Source: Candidatus Pelagibacter sp.
GTDB taxonomy: Bacteria; Pseudomonadota; Alphaproteobacteria; Paracaedibacterales; CAIOTO01
Direction: 5' to 3'
Length of the DNA: 64,000 nt
Assembly: GCA_013823725.1 (NCBI GenBank)
Contig: PNMQ01000004.1
Coordinates: 119,156 to 183,155, forward strand
The position numbers and the translations under genes were made by a program. Under the pieces are notes generated by a model. The model did not search any database. It saw only the letters and a list, made by a program, of their open reading frames with translations, and had not been told where the DNA came from. This document shows, in pieces, positions 63,220 through 64,000 of this stretch. The stretch's first letter is position 1. Every line of letters starts with the position of its first letter.

Positions 63220-64000
63220 TTAAGCAACTTTTCTATTTTTGAAATTATTTTTTATCCATACTTTCTCCAAAGACTGAACAAAATAGTCTATCAATTCGAA
63301 AGTATGATTAGGGGTTACAGTTACACGTAATCGTTCCAAACCTTGAGGTACTGTTGGGTAATTAATGGGTTGAGCATAGATAGAATAGTCCATCAAAAGA
63401 TCTTGAGAAATCTTGGAGCACAATAAGGAATCTCCTATATGGATAGGTATAATGTGGCTATCCGTTGATCGATAATTCAAAATATTGCTTTCTGCTAGCT
63501 TGCTTTTTAAATAATTTACTCTCTTATGAAAACTATCTTGCAAAGCTGAAGATTCATTTAAAATATCAAGTGCTTTTATTGAAGAACTAACTACAGATGG
63601 TGGGAGTGAGGTTGTAAAAATAAAACCTGAACCATACGACCTTATAAAATCTATAATCTCGCTATTTGCAGAGATATAGCCACCAAAGCTTCCAAATCCT
63701 TTTGCAAAGTTACCCTGAATGATATGTATGCGGTCTTGTAACTCCAATTGATTAGCAATTCCTGCACCACCTTTTCCGTAAATACCTACCGCATGAACTT
63801 CGTCAAGAAAAATAAGTGCATTATATTTTTCCGCAAGATCACATATTGACTCTAATTTTGCTTGGTTACCATCCATTGAGTATATGGATACTACCACGAT
63901 AATTTTGGGCCTATCAAAATCTAAAGACGATAGTTTTTGTTCTAAATCCGTCATATCGTTGTGCTTGAAAATCATTTTTTCTGCGCGACTATTACGAATA
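63220..64000 (-). CDS. hemA: 5-aminolevulinate synthase, C-terminal about 260 aa; the gene continues beyond the right edge
   Basis: IYSMDG, DEVHAVGIYG and GFIFTTSLPP motifs. The frame stays open upstream of the track Met (..IRNSRAEKMIFKHND), matching the conserved ALAS region, so the Met at 63975 is internal. Confidence 0.9.
   Translation of the reverse strand, partial: IRNSRAEKMIFKHNDMTDLEQKLSSLDFDRPKIIVVVSIYSMDGNQAKLESICDLAEKYNALIFLDEVHAVGIYGKGGAGIANQLELQDRIHIIQGNFAKGFGSFGGYISANSEIIDFIRSYGSGFIFTTSLPPSVVSSSIKALDILNESSALQDSFHKRVNYLKSKLAESNILNYRSTDSHIIPIHIGDSLLCSKISQDLLMDYSIYAQPINYPTVPQGLERLRVTVTPNHTFELIDYFVQSLEKVWIKNNFKNRKVA

Noticed and set aside
53442-64000. A possible replication origin near the heme genes (hemF, hemA), by analogy with hemE-linked origins in alphaproteobacteria.
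   Set aside because: I could not find clustered DnaA boxes (TTATCCACA-like) or a suitably long intergenic region. Isolated near-matches elsewhere lie inside genes.

Overview
This is an AT-rich, gene-dense bacterial window of about 58 protein genes and one tRNA. Many start and stop codons overlap.

The gene content points to an alphaproteobacterium with a reduced, probably intracellular lifestyle (Holosporales or Rickettsiales-like). This assignment is inference from the sequence only. The supporting genes are 5-aminolevulinate synthase, class I LysRS, LpxI, Coq7, cytochrome c1, a DivL-type kinase, ProP-like MFS transporters, and an iscR-nifS-iscS-iscU-iscA-hscB-hscA operon.

Most of the window is housekeeping:
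- Fe-S cluster assembly
- aminoacyl-tRNA synthetases (argS, ileS, lysK) and gatCAB
- pnp, fabH, rpe, rsmB, sodB, hemF, hemA, kup, trkH and rmuC
- a DevBCA/MacAB-like ABC exporter

I found no rRNA, CRISPR array, transposase, integrase, phage gene or recognisable defence system.

The non-routine content, in rough order of interest:
1. An isolated flagellar filament module at 35.9-42.2 kb. It contains flagellin, a 916-aa FliD, FliS, a perfect (TTCTTAT)x6 heptanucleotide repeat and a signal-anchored glycosyltransferase-like gene. Two sigma-54-type -24/-12 elements sit upstream of flagellin and fliD, and one of them is embedded in a terminator hairpin.
2. A DivL-type pseudo-histidine kinase, with Tyr at the phospho-acceptor position and an acidic insertion in the ATPase domain.
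3. Two unrelated secreted cysteine-repeat ORFans. One is a 7-module protein translationally coupled to kup. The other is a small 3-repeat protein in a local high-GC patch.
4. Several other secreted or membrane ORFans.

None of these can be shown to be undescribed without database searches, and I treat them as candidates only.
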